NCBI GenBank assembly: GCA_902788085.1
Contig: CADAJB010000001.1
Coordinates: forward strand, 5,241 to 69,240
DNA: 64,000 nucleotides
DNA from: an uncultured Eubacteriales bacterium
GTDB lineage: Bacteria > Bacillota > Clostridia > Christensenellales > UBA1242
Direction: 5' to 3'
A model generated the notes under the pieces. That model saw nothing but the letters and a program-made list of their open reading frames with translations. It was not told the DNA's origin and did not search any database. Every line of letters starts with the position of its first letter. Within the stretch, counting starts at the first letter, position 1. The position numbers and the translations under genes are program-made. Shown here one piece after another: positions 40,036 through 48,859 of the stretch.

Positions 40036-40566
40036 TTATCTATCGTATTCTGCATCATAGTTGTATAAACTATCTTGAATAATCTTTAATGCACGCTCTT
40101 TGCCTTCTATACCTGTTATTTCGGTCTTTTTGTTTTGAAGGTCTTTGTAGTGCTCAAAAAAGTGTTTCATTTCGTCAAATGTGTGTTGTGGCAAGTCTTT
40201 TAGGCTTTCTACATTCTTTAAGAATGGGTCGCTAGTAGCAACTGCAACTATTTTTTCGTCTGCTTCGCCATCGTCTATCATGTTAATAATTCCAATAGGT
40301 TTTGCTTCAACCAAAACACCACTGTTTAGTGGTTCGGTGGTTATAACTAAAACATCTAGTGGGTCGCCGTCGCCACCTAATGTGCGAGGTATAAACCCAT
40401 AGTTAGCAGGGTAAACCATACTTGTGCTTAATAGTCTGTCAAAAATAACCAAGCCTGTTTCTTTATCTAACTCGTATTTAACTTTGCCACCTTTTTGAAT
40501 TTCTATAAATGCAACAAATTTTTCGGGTTTTATACGGCTTTTTTCAATGTCGTGAAAAATGTTCAT
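40036..40566 (-). CDS. ppa: inorganic pyrophosphatase, family I
   Basis: Motifs YELDKETG, YP.NYGFIP.T...DGDPLDVLV and DDGE.D.KI. Confidence 0.93.
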   Translation of the reverse strand: MNIFHDIEKSRIKPEKFVAFIEIQKGGKVKYELDKETGLVIFDRLLSTSMVYPANYGFIPRTLGGDGDPLDVLVITTEPLNSGVLVEAKPIGIINMIDDGEADEKIVAVATSDPFLKNVESLKDLPQHTFDEMKHFFEHYKDLQNKKTEITGIEGKERALKIIQDSLYNYDAEYDR

Positions 40567-40654
40567 TTGTATCTCCTTTTATGTAATATTTAAGTATTTT
40601 AGCACAAGTTTTTGTTTTGTGCAACTAAAAATAGTTCTTTGTTTGTTTATATAT

Positions 40655-40683
40655 TTGACAAAATACACAAATTTGGTCATACT
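40655..40683 (+). promoter_or_regulatory. sigma-A-type promoter
   Basis: TTGACA, 17 nt, CATACT. Confidence 0.55.
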
Positions 40684-40706
40684 AATAACAAATGCGGGAG
40701 GATATT

Positions 40707-43700
40707 ATGTCTAAAAAGAAAAAACAAAAAGGTAAACAAAATAAGTGGTCTAGGGCAAAAAAAGCGTGGGCTGGTGCTAAAAAGGTTGGCGGAGCTGCTA
40801 AAAAAGTAGGTGGTGCTGTTAAAAAAGAAGCACTAGATTTAGCAATTGAGCCAATAGGCACTATTTATAGACACGCAACAAAAGATATACCAAATGCTGT
40901 AAATGCAGGTGCAAATGTGGCAGAAAAAGCTGGCTCAAAGGGTATAGATGCAGTAGAAGAGTTTGCACTAACAAGGTTTTGGGCAGAAACTAAGGGTGAT
41001 AAAGCAAACGGCAAACTTTTTGAATTTGTTTTAGATAATCAGTCTTTAAGCGGAAGGTCTAAAAGTAGACTTAAAAAAGCAATACAAAATGGCGCAAAAG
41101 TTGTATTTTTATCTAGTAAAGATGCCGATGTCGCTAAAAAAGACATTGAAGCATTAGGCGTTGCTTTGGGTGTGGAAGGTTTAACAAACAGCGACCCAAG
41201 ATATTTTCTTGCGTGTGACAACGGCGCAACAATTTTAAGTAGTGTATCGGGCGACTTTAAAGACGCTAAGGGCATAGACCTAATGGCAGTAGAAAACCAA
41301 AACAATGGTTTGGCAAAGTTTGATAGTGACGGCTTGCCTGTTGTAAAAACAGCCACAGCACCTGCTGCGTGGCGTAGTGGTGCAGGTATAATAGAAAGCC
41401 TAGAAAGTTTTAAAACTCAAAATTCGAATGTTGACTATAAAGCAGAAGCAAAAACAATAACAATAAAAGTAACAGATAACCGCGCTTTGCCTGATGCATT
41501 GGGGCTTGCTAATAATATTATAAAAACCTTGCCACTAAGCCCTTCCGAGTTAAGTAAATATGGTATAGGTTTAACACTTGACGGAAATATTCAAATTAGG
41601 CCACTAGACCAAACTTCTGTAAACGCCGAATTTACAGTTCGTAAAATGGCGGGCATTAAAGGGCAAAATGTTCGTCGCTCGGTAAGTTGTGCTGCACAAG
41701 TTAGTCAAAATATGCCACTAGATACATTTATGTCTAGATTTGTAAAAAACAGAACAACAGGCGAAGTTTATACCACAGAAGAAGCCAAACAAAGTGGTTT
41801 GTTGCACAACCTTGCTGCTAGTATGTTTGTGCCACAAATTGATATGCTTGCATCTAACTCGGCAACAAATGACGGTTCGTGGCTTGCAAGAACAACATTA
41901 AAAAACCGCAAAGATATGCAACTTTTAAACGATATGTATGCCGACTATGTATATATGGTTGCAAGGCGAAGCACAAGTGTGCAAACGGCCGCTTCGAATA
42001 TAGGTTTGGTTGTTACTAATGCAATGATGACAATGTATGATATGCCAGCGCTTGCAAAAAATAAAAATGCAATAAGTTATTCAAAATTTTTAAAAGCACA
42101 AGAAACAGGTGATACTGCTACAATTAGCGCTTTTCAAAGTCAGGCAAGTGATTATTGTGGGCCAACGGCAAGTAATGTAGTGCAGTTTTTAATGTCTGTA
42201 CCAGCAGAATATAAGGTATATCCAACACACAAAGGTTTTGTTGGCAGGTTTTTCTATGGTATTAGCGGAAAGTCTAGAATGCCAGACGAAATAGATAAAC
42301 AAGCAACTAAAAAAGCAGGCAAAGAAAGTGATGTTGTAAAGGTAAAAAGGTTAGATACTTATTTAAATCAACAGGCCAGCGTTGTTCAAGAATTGGTGGC
42401 ATATTCTACCGAGTTAACTAAACTAGAAAACACTAAATTGCGCGCACAAGAAGGAAACGATTTTACCGAGTTCTTAGAAAAAGTTCAAAAAGATATACAA
42501 AACGGTGCAACACAAGAGCAAGTGTTTGAAAAGGTTACCGAGTATATAAACAGCCGAGATTTACAGGCAAAGGCAGCAGCATCTAATAATAATCAAGCAA
42601 ATGCAAATGCTAATTCTAACAACAATAATAACAATAGCAATAACAACAACAATCAACAAAACGCAAACCAAGCATATATACAACAAGAAGTTTTGCGTCA
42701 AAATATTAGGGCAAGTAGGGCGCTTATTGCTAACATAGCAGATAGTGTTAGCCCCGAAGATTTAGCATCTAACCCAACATATATATATCTAAACAATGTG
42801 TTATCTTGGGAACAAGAACAACTTACAGAGTTGCAAAATACACAAGGTGTAGTAGATAAAGCCCCAGATGGCTCTAAAATTAATAAAAAAGAGTTGCAAG
42901 ATGGTTTGTATTATAGTGCTGCAAACACTAAGGTTATAATTTGCAACGACCGTGCACAAAAAATTGCTGCAAGTCAAGGAAAATCTGATGCTGTGTTGCT
43001 AGATACTTTTAATGTACCCGAAACCATAAAAAATAGCAGTGCATATCAACAAGCACAGGCTTATACTAAAAAGGGTATAGAAGATGTAGATTTAACCAAC
43101 ATCACCGACCCAAAAGTTCATAACTCGTTTGACGATTTAAACAATCAGTTAACCAGTTTTATAGATAGTGATAAAACATCTAAAAAAGGCTTTAAACTAG
43201 ACGAAAATTATAGTATGGTTGCCACAGTTGTAACACACAACTTAGAAGCAAACAACTTAGATATGCTAGAAACAGTAAAGAAGGCTGTTCACCCTAAAAA
43301 AGAGCAAAAAGAAGAAGAAACAGACAAAGAAGATAACAAAAAAGAAGAAAAGAACGACAAAGAAGAAGAGAACAACAAAGACAATGAAGAAGAAGATGTT
43401 GCCGAATATCAACGCGGTGCTTTGTTTAGAAAATTATGTATAAACCCTAATGTAGATAACTATCGTCGCAGTCGTAATTTTATGGCAGCCACTGTGGCTA
43501 ATGCAAGGCTATATATGGATAAAAATGGTTTAGCAAATAGCACAGAATACGAAATCTTTAATAAAATGGCTTCAAAATGGATGTCAACAGTGGGGGCGGA
43601 AAATCTTCCTACAATACGCGGGGGGAAAGATAGAGATAAAGAGGTAGAGCAGTTAAATATTGCGTGGGCTGAATTAGAAAAACAATATGCCTCTAACCCC

Positions 43701-44780
43701 GAAGCGTTAACAAAAGCCCAACAATTATGGACATTATGTACTGTTCAATCCGAAAACACAGCATTAAAATATCGAAAAGAAAAATCTAGTGCTAGAATGG
43801 TTAAATTAACTACGCAACAAAAAGTTGATTTTATAATGCAACACGGCAAATTTAATATGCAGCAAAAACAAATAGAAGCCCTTGTTAATGCTAAAAACGA
43901 AAAAGATGTAGATAGAATAATAAATAATGTAAGGGCATCTAATCGTAAACTAGATAACCAATATAAAGCCGAAAAAGCCAAACTAAAAGGTGAAGAAGTA
44001 AAAGAACAAGAGGTAAAAGAAAAAGCACCTAAAAAGCAAACTGCTAAAAAAGAACAAAAAACAGCAAAACGCACAGGTGGGCTTGATGACTTTATGGATT
44101 TAGGTGATAATGTAGCACCAAAAACAGATAAAAAGCAAGCAAAGAAGAAAACTACAACCAAAAAAGCGCCAAAGAAAGAAAAGCCAAAAACGACATTAGA
44201 TGATTTTTCAGAAGAAAAGAACGCTGAGGTTAAGGTTGACAATGAAGCGTGGGCAAGTATTGGTAAACAACAGTTTATAATGCAACAAAATATTGCAAAT
44301 ATTGATAACATTTTAAATGTTATGCCAAATAAGAATGACCCAGAATACAAAAAACTAGAAAGTCAAAAAGAAGAAATTAATAAAAAATTTACACAAAGCA
44401 TATTAAAAGAAGGTCCTTGTGTAAAATATATGTCAAAAGCCGAAGGGCAAGAGATTGCACAGGCTATTGAAGCGGTAAATACAAGTTCATACAACTCGTA
44501 TGTAAATGCAACAAATAAAGGCGAAAAATTAGAAACAGTTGCAATCCCCGAAAATCAACAAATGCGCATTATTAAATTGTTGCAAACTAAAAAGCCAGAG
44601 GAATTAGCACCCGAAGATAAAGTTTTATACGAAAGTTTAAAACCGGTTGTTAGTATGGCAGTAGAAGCGAAAAAGCAAAAAGCATTAAAAGATAAACAAG
44701 AGTTCGAGGCAAATAAAAAAGCCGACCAAACGCTAAAAGATATTGCCGAAAATGGTGATGCAGCGGCTTTGAGTAAATAA
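40707..44780 (+). CDS. large low-complexity charged protein (hypothetical, no signal peptide)
   Basis: ATG 40707 has GGGAGG 5 nt upstream. 1357 aa. Basic KKVGGAAKKVGGAVKK N-terminus, poly-Asn tract, Lys/Glu-rich and Lys/Ala/Pro/Thr-rich segments, coiled-coil-like stretches. Confidence 0.7.
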   Translation: MSKKKKQKGKQNKWSRAKKAWAGAKKVGGAAKKVGGAVKKEALDLAIEPIGTIYRHATKDIPNAVNAGANVAEKAGSKGIDAVEEFALTRFWAETKGDKANGKLFEFVLDNQSLSGRSKSRLKKAIQNGAKVVFLSSKDADVAKKDIEALGVALGVEGLTNSDPRYFLACDNGATILSSVSGDFKDAKGIDLMAVENQNNGLAKFDSDGLPVVKTATAPAAWRSGAGIIESLESFKTQNSNVDYKAEAKTITIKVTDNRALPDALGLANNIIKTLPLSPSELSKYGIGLTLDGNIQIRPLDQTSVNAEFTVRKMAGIKGQNVRRSVSCAAQVSQNMPLDTFMSRFVKNRTTGEVYTTEEAKQSGLLHNLAASMFVPQIDMLASNSATNDGSWLARTTLKNRKDMQLLNDMYADYVYMVARRSTSVQTAASNIGLVVTNAMMTMYDMPALAKNKNAISYSKFLKAQETGDTATISAFQSQASDYCGPTASNVVQFLMSVPAEYKVYPTHKGFVGRFFYGISGKSRMPDEIDKQATKKAGKESDVVKVKRLDTYLNQQASVVQELVAYSTELTKLENTKLRAQEGNDFTEFLEKVQKDIQNGATQEQVFEKVTEYINSRDLQAKAAASNNNQANANANSNNNNNNSNNNNNQQNANQAYIQQEVLRQNIRASRALIANIADSVSPEDLASNPTYIYLNNVLSWEQEQLTELQNTQGVVDKAPDGSKINKKELQDGLYYSAANTKVIICNDRAQKIAASQGKSDAVLLDTFNVPETIKNSSAYQQAQAYTKKGIEDVDLTNITDPKVHNSFDDLNNQLTSFIDSDKTSKKGFKLDENYSMVATVVTHNLEANNLDMLETVKKAVHPKKEQKEEETDKEDNKKEEKNDKEEENNKDNEEEDVAEYQRGALFRKLCINPNVDNYRRSRNFMAATVANARLYMDKNGLANSTEYEIFNKMASKWMSTVGAENLPTIRGGKDRDKEVEQLNIAWAELEKQYASNPEALTKAQQLWTLCTVQSENTALKYRKEKSSARMVKLTTQQKVDFIMQHGKFNMQQKQIEALVNAKNEKDVDRIINNVRASNRKLDNQYKAEKAKLKGEEVKEQEVKEKAPKKQTAKKEQKTAKRTGGLDDFMDLGDNVAPKTDKKQAKKKTTTKKAPKKEKPKTTLDDFSEEKNAEVKVDNEAWASIGKQQFIMQQNIANIDNILNVMPNKNDPEYKKLESQKEEINKKFTQSILKEGPCVKYMSKAEGQEIAQAIEAVNTSSYNSYVNATNKGEKLETVAIPENQQMRIIKLLQTKKPEELAPEDKVLYESLKPVVSMAVEAKKQKALKDKQEFEANKKADQTLKDIAENGDAAALSK

Positions 44781-44806
44781 AAAGAGAGAGAAGTTCTCTC
44801 TTTTTT
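44781..44806. terminator. bidirectional intrinsic terminator
   Basis: AAAGAGAGAG-AAGTT-CTCTCTTTTT, 10-bp stem. Confidence 0.75.
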
Positions 44807-44808
44807 AT

Positions 44809-45426
44809 TTATAGTTCTTCGTTTATGGTGTTTATCATTTTTGATTTTAAAATAAGTTTTACCGATTCGCGCTTTGCGTTACAAAGTGGACATTCGTCCC
44901 AAGGTTCGGTGCCGGTTGCCATATAACCACAATCGGCGCAAACCCAAGTAACAGGTTGGTCCTTTTTATATAGTGTGTTGGTAGAAAGTTGTTCGTATAG
45001 TTCGTTAAATATTTGTTTGTGATATTCTTCTACATTTTTAACCATTAAAAATAGTTCGGCAATTTCTAAAAAGCCTTCTTCTTTGGCGGTTTTTGCAAAC
45101 TCTATATACATTTCGGCTTCTTTTTCTTCATCAATGCCTGCAAGTTTTAGGTTTTGCTCTAAATCCCACTTTTCTCTAAAAGGAAACCCAGCCTCAATAT
45201 CTATATTATTTATTGTTTCGCCTTTGTTGCCTTGTTGAATAAAAGTATAAAACATTCGTGCGTGGTTAAATTCTTGATAAACAATTTCGTCTATAATATC
45301 GGCTATGTTTTTATAACCGTTATAGCGTGCACCATACTCTATAAATTCATATCTTGTTCGTGCCTGACACTCACTTGCATAAGCGCGGGCTAGGTTGGTT
45401 AAAGTTTTTGTTCCTGTTAATTTCAT
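44809..45426 (-). CDS. rbr: rubrerythrin (diiron ferritin-like domain plus C-terminal rubredoxin-like CxxC...CxxC)
   Basis: E..A...Y and EF.H diiron motifs. C-terminal CADCGY...CPLC. Confidence 0.88.
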   Translation of the reverse strand: MKLTGTKTLTNLARAYASECQARTRYEFIEYGARYNGYKNIADIIDEIVYQEFNHARMFYTFIQQGNKGETINNIDIEAGFPFREKWDLEQNLKLAGIDEEKEAEMYIEFAKTAKEEGFLEIAELFLMVKNVEEYHKQIFNELYEQLSTNTLYKKDQPVTWVCADCGYMATGTEPWDECPLCNAKRESVKLILKSKMINTINEEL

Positions 45427-45507
45427 ATTAAAACTCCTTTTTGTTTATAGTTTTATTATTTGCAAATGTTAAATTATTATGTAAACTATTTATATAATTT
45501 AGGCAAG

Positions 45508-45619
45508 GGTACTATGCACTTGTGTTTTTAAGTTTTGCGAATAGTTTTGCGCATGGTACCATACATATTGCAAAAGAGTGGTGTAGTACTATGCGGTTTA
45601 AATTTTAGTGCATAGTACC
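45508..45619. repeat. full-length MITE/REP-like element with perfect 13-bp terminal inverted repeats
   Basis: GGTACTATGCACT at 45508-45520 is the exact reverse complement of AGTGCATAGTACC at 45607-45619. The interior matches the 12182 and 51845 copies. Confidence 0.8.
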
Positions 45620-45728
45620 TAATTTTTATAAAAAAAAGATATTATAGTGGGCAAGTATATTATTTTTGTTTAAAAATTGTTGTGTTTACACAAAATAAAA
45701 TAAAGTTGCTAAAATTGTAATATTTTAT

Positions 45729-45757
45729 TTGTCTTTTAATTTTAAATTTGTTATATT
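45729..45757 (+). promoter_or_regulatory. sigma-A-type promoter of the sipW-like operon
   Basis: TTGTCT, 17 nt, TGt-TATATT, followed by the ATAAGTAGTTATTT box shared with 49768-49781. Confidence 0.55.
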
Positions 45758-45797
45758 ATAAGTAGTTATTTATTTTATAAATAATAAGGGGGTTAGT

Positions 45798-46655
45798 ATG
45801 GCTACAAACAAAGATGATGCGCAAAAGCGTCAGTTTATTGTTCAAGAACAAGAAAAATTAGATACTGTTTCTGTCGTAGAAGACCCTAATGCCCCAAAAC
45901 GAAAAACAAAAAAACAAGTCTTTACCGAAAGTTTAAACAGCGCAGATATAACAAAAGATTCGTTTAAAATGCGAGATTATAAGCAAAGGCTTTATCAAGA
46001 GTTTATGAATGATTGCTCGCTTGCACAAATTGGCACATCGCCATGGTCAACTTTTTTAAATGTTTTAAACATTGTTATTGTATCGCTAGTGTTGCTTATA
46101 TCTGTGGCGGTGTCTGTTGGAATGATGTTAGGGTTTAAACCCGATGTTGTTGTTACTGATTCGATGGAGCCAACCATTCCAGTAAACAGTTTGGTTGTTG
46201 TTCAGCCAGTTGAATGGGAAGATATTCAGGTGGGCGACCATATAAGTTATTACCTTAAAAAAGAAGGGCAGGTTATTAACTATATTCACCGTGTTTCTGC
46301 CAAAGGTAGCGATTATTTAATTATGGTGGGTGATAACCCTTCCGCTTCGGGCATACGCGATATAATTTCGAAAGACTGCATACAAGGGCGTGAGGTTTTT
46401 GTTGTGCCTTTTGTTGGTGGCGTGTTTGTTTGGGTAAAAAATAATTCAATTCTTGCATTTATGATATTGTTTACTTTGGTTATTGGTTTGTTGCTTGTTA
46501 GAAAAATTATTGATGTAAATCATGTAAATATTGCGTTCGCCGAATACGTAAAGCGTCGAGTGGATTTTGAACAACAAATGGAAACCCAAGAAGACTTAGA
46601 GCGAACAAGCAGCAAAAAAGATGCACTTGATGCTATTTTAAAGAAAAGATACTAA
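45798..46655 (+). CDS. sipW: signal peptidase I, ER/archaeal type (SipW-like, S26B) with long N- and C-terminal extensions
   Basis: TM helix followed by VVTDSMEPTIP (Ser box), IHRV (His box) and GDNP..S..D. Second TM near the C-terminus. 285 aa, versus about 190 aa recalled for B. subtilis SipW. Confidence 0.8.
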   Translation: MATNKDDAQKRQFIVQEQEKLDTVSVVEDPNAPKRKTKKQVFTESLNSADITKDSFKMRDYKQRLYQEFMNDCSLAQIGTSPWSTFLNVLNIVIVSLVLLISVAVSVGMMLGFKPDVVVTDSMEPTIPVNSLVVVQPVEWEDIQVGDHISYYLKKEGQVINYIHRVSAKGSDYLIMVGDNPSASGIRDIISKDCIQGREVFVVPFVGGVFVWVKNNSILAFMILFTLVIGLLLVRKIIDVNHVNIAFAEYVKRRVDFEQQMETQEDLERTSSKKDALDAILKKRY

Positions 46656-46664
46656 GGGGGAATT

Positions 46665-48053
46665 ATGAAAAGCAGTTTTGTGTTTGTTTCTAAAACAATC
46701 TTTATAACAGCCTGCTTATTAGCATTTTTTGCTTGTGTTTCTGCCTTTGGTGTTGCTTATGCATACTTTGCTGGGCAGTATAGTGTAGAAAAAGAATATA
46801 ATGTTGCCACTATGTCGTCAAAGGCATATACAAGCGTTTTAAGTGGAAATAATGTTAGCATTAGCAACGAATATGTTTCTAATACTACAATAAGCCCAGG
46901 CGCAAGTTTAACACTTACTATTAAAAACACTAGTCAAGTAGATAAAGTGTTGTTGCGTGTTGCTTATGGTGTAAAAGTGGGCACAACAGATACCAATACT
47001 ACCGACTACGCAATTAATCTTATAGATAGCGCAGTTTATACAAAAGTTAATACCACGCAAGATAACGCAGGATTTACAATACTAGAAAATGGTTGGTTTT
47101 ATTATAATGCCACTTTACAACAAAACGAATTTGCGCCTTTTGCAACTTTTAGCAATACCGGAAGTGGTGCAATACACATTCAACTTAACATCGAAGTAGT
47201 TCAGGCATCACTAGATGTTGCGCAAAATTATTGGAACTATCACTCGGGTTATAGCAAAGAAACAATAGGTGACCCCGATTCAGTTGATGGTATAGATATG
47301 ACGGGCAATAACCAAAATGCAATAAATGGTATATCAGTATTTATTCCGGATAACCAAAATTGGAAAGCCGCTACATCAGCAAACAGCCTAGATGCACCTT
47401 TTGTGTTGGGGCAAAACACAACCACAATTAGCACTCTTACAGGTGATGGAACAAACGACTGTATGCGTGTTTATAACAATAGCGGAAACCCAATAATTTT
47501 GGCGTTGCGTGTTTATGTGCAGTTGGTGGCACAAAACAGCCAATGGGCAAATCCTACCGGAGATTTTTATAACACTTCTGTTAGGTTAAACTTTACAAAC
47601 AATTCAAACTGGATAGATATACGCGATAACGCAACAGCGTTCACTTTTGACAGCACTTCTAGTGCACATTATGTAGCATTTTTATACAACCAGTTAGTTA
47701 TGCCAGGCGAGTCAGTTTTGGGGTTAACTAATTTAGTAAACATTATAAACGCACCAGCCAGCATATCCGAAACTTATTCGTTCCACTTTGTTTGTGAGGT
47801 TTTGGGTTATAACGCTAGCGAATCTTCGTGGGTAGATAATTATTTAGCAATGGGTGATGGAACAAACCCCGAAGGCTCGGGCAGTATAAATATTGGTATA
47901 AACCGTGTACCTTTATATTATAACTATACAACAACAAATGCTTCTAGCCCTGTTTATTCTTCACAATTAGTTGATGGCAAATACACAAACCGCGCACAGT
48001 TCTATTCGAAATATGCTATTTGGTATAATATAATTTCGGGGTCTTTAACATAA
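46665..48053 (+). CDS. secreted TasA/camelysin-like protein with SipW-cognate signal peptide (large member)
   Basis: The N-terminal hydrophobic segment ends in GVAYAYFAGQ. ISPGASLTLTIKNTS and FYYN...IEVVQAS resemble TasA-family strands. 462 aa. Confidence 0.65.
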   Translation: MKSSFVFVSKTIFITACLLAFFACVSAFGVAYAYFAGQYSVEKEYNVATMSSKAYTSVLSGNNVSISNEYVSNTTISPGASLTLTIKNTSQVDKVLLRVAYGVKVGTTDTNTTDYAINLIDSAVYTKVNTTQDNAGFTILENGWFYYNATLQQNEFAPFATFSNTGSGAIHIQLNIEVVQASLDVAQNYWNYHSGYSKETIGDPDSVDGIDMTGNNQNAINGISVFIPDNQNWKAATSANSLDAPFVLGQNTTTISTLTGDGTNDCMRVYNNSGNPIILALRVYVQLVAQNSQWANPTGDFYNTSVRLNFTNNSNWIDIRDNATAFTFDSTSSAHYVAFLYNQLVMPGESVLGLTNLVNIINAPASISETYSFHFVCEVLGYNASESSWVDNYLAMGDGTNPEGSGSINIGINRVPLYYNYTTTNASSPVYSSQLVDGKYTNRAQFYSKYAIWYNIISGSLT

Positions 48054-48064
48054 TGGAGGAAAAA

Positions 48065-48607
48065 ATGAAAAAAAGCACAGCAACAAGAAATGTGTTTATA
48101 TTGGCAATAATTTCGTGTGCACTACTTGTTTTTTGTTGTGTTGGTGTTATATTTGCCTCGTTTTATGACTATCGCGCGGGGTCTTCGGGGCCACATCAAA
48201 TAAACAAACTTGGGTATGTAGAAATAACTACTAATGTAAATAATGATGTTGTTTTATACCCAGGGTGCTCTTACGATTATAACTTTAATATAACAAATTC
48301 GGTAAACGGCGGGCAAAACGGAACTTTGCCAATAGTTATCACCGATGTTAGTGTAGTTAATATTAGTTATCAAAACGCAAAAGGTGATGTAGTGGTGTTA
48401 AATAATGATGTTGTTACATATTCCATAACTTCTTATACAACCACCGCCATAGCGTCAAATGGCACAGGCGTAGTGCAGGGAAGTTTGCAAGTAAAACCAT
48501 CTGCCACTTACAACACGATGGTAGATATAGATAGTTCTAGTTATTTAACTAATAAATCTACAAAAGTATTTGTTACATTATTATTTAAAGTTTCCGAAGC
48601 AATTTAA
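48065..48607 (+). CDS. small secreted protein with degenerate SipW-type signal (FASFYDYRAG)
   Basis: ATG 48065 has GGAGG 5 nt upstream. TM segment followed by LYPGCSYDYNFNITN. 180 aa. Confidence 0.6.
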   Translation: MKKSTATRNVFILAIISCALLVFCCVGVIFASFYDYRAGSSGPHQINKLGYVEITTNVNNDVVLYPGCSYDYNFNITNSVNGGQNGTLPIVITDVSVVNISYQNAKGDVVVLNNDVVTYSITSYTTTAIASNGTGVVQGSLQVKPSATYNTMVDIDSSSYLTNKSTKVFVTLLFKVSEAI

Positions 48608-48685
48608 CAAAAATTTACACATTTAAAAAACTGTATATCAAACTAAAAATTTTGAAAAATTTTGTATAAATATGCCTAAAATCGT

Positions 48686-48713
48686 TTTGTAAAAAAATTT
48701 TGTTCTGCTATAA
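48686..48713 (+). promoter_or_regulatory. sigma-A-type promoter for the 48860 gene
   Basis: TTGTAA, 16 nt, TGc-TATAAT. Confidence 0.5.
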
Positions 48714-48717
48714 TAAA

Positions 48718-48759
48718 GGTATGTGATTTGCATAACAACACATACTTTTATTTGTTTTT
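48718..48759 (+). promoter_or_regulatory. 5'-proximal hairpin plus U-tract in the leader (attenuator or 5' stabiliser)
   Basis: GTATGTG...CACATAC stem with inner TTG/CAA pairs, then TTTTATTTGTTTTTG. About 100 nt upstream of the start codon. Confidence 0.35.
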
Positions 48760-48859
48760 GTTGTATGAATACTTTTTTATATACCGCTTAAACTAAATAG
48801 AAGTAGTGCTGCTATATGATTACTGCTTTATATTTTAATTATATTATGGAGATAGAAAT

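Noticed and set aside
40612-40809. 65-aa plus-strand ORF overlapping the start of the 40707 gene
   Set aside because: It is a different frame across the promoter, RBS and basic N-terminal coding region. It has no RBS and is superseded by the 1357-aa ORF with GGGAGG.
43745-44350. 201-aa minus-strand ORF inside the 40707 gene
   Set aside because: It is antisense to a Lys/Glu-rich tract (AAA/GAA read as TTT/TTC), giving a Phe/Ser/Leu-rich artefact.
45427-45507. PerR/Fur-type box upstream of rubrerythrin (ACATAATAATTTAAC on the minus strand)
   Set aside because: Only about 10 of 14 positions match the TTATAATnATTATAA consensus, in a very AT-rich region. That cannot be distinguished from chance by eye.
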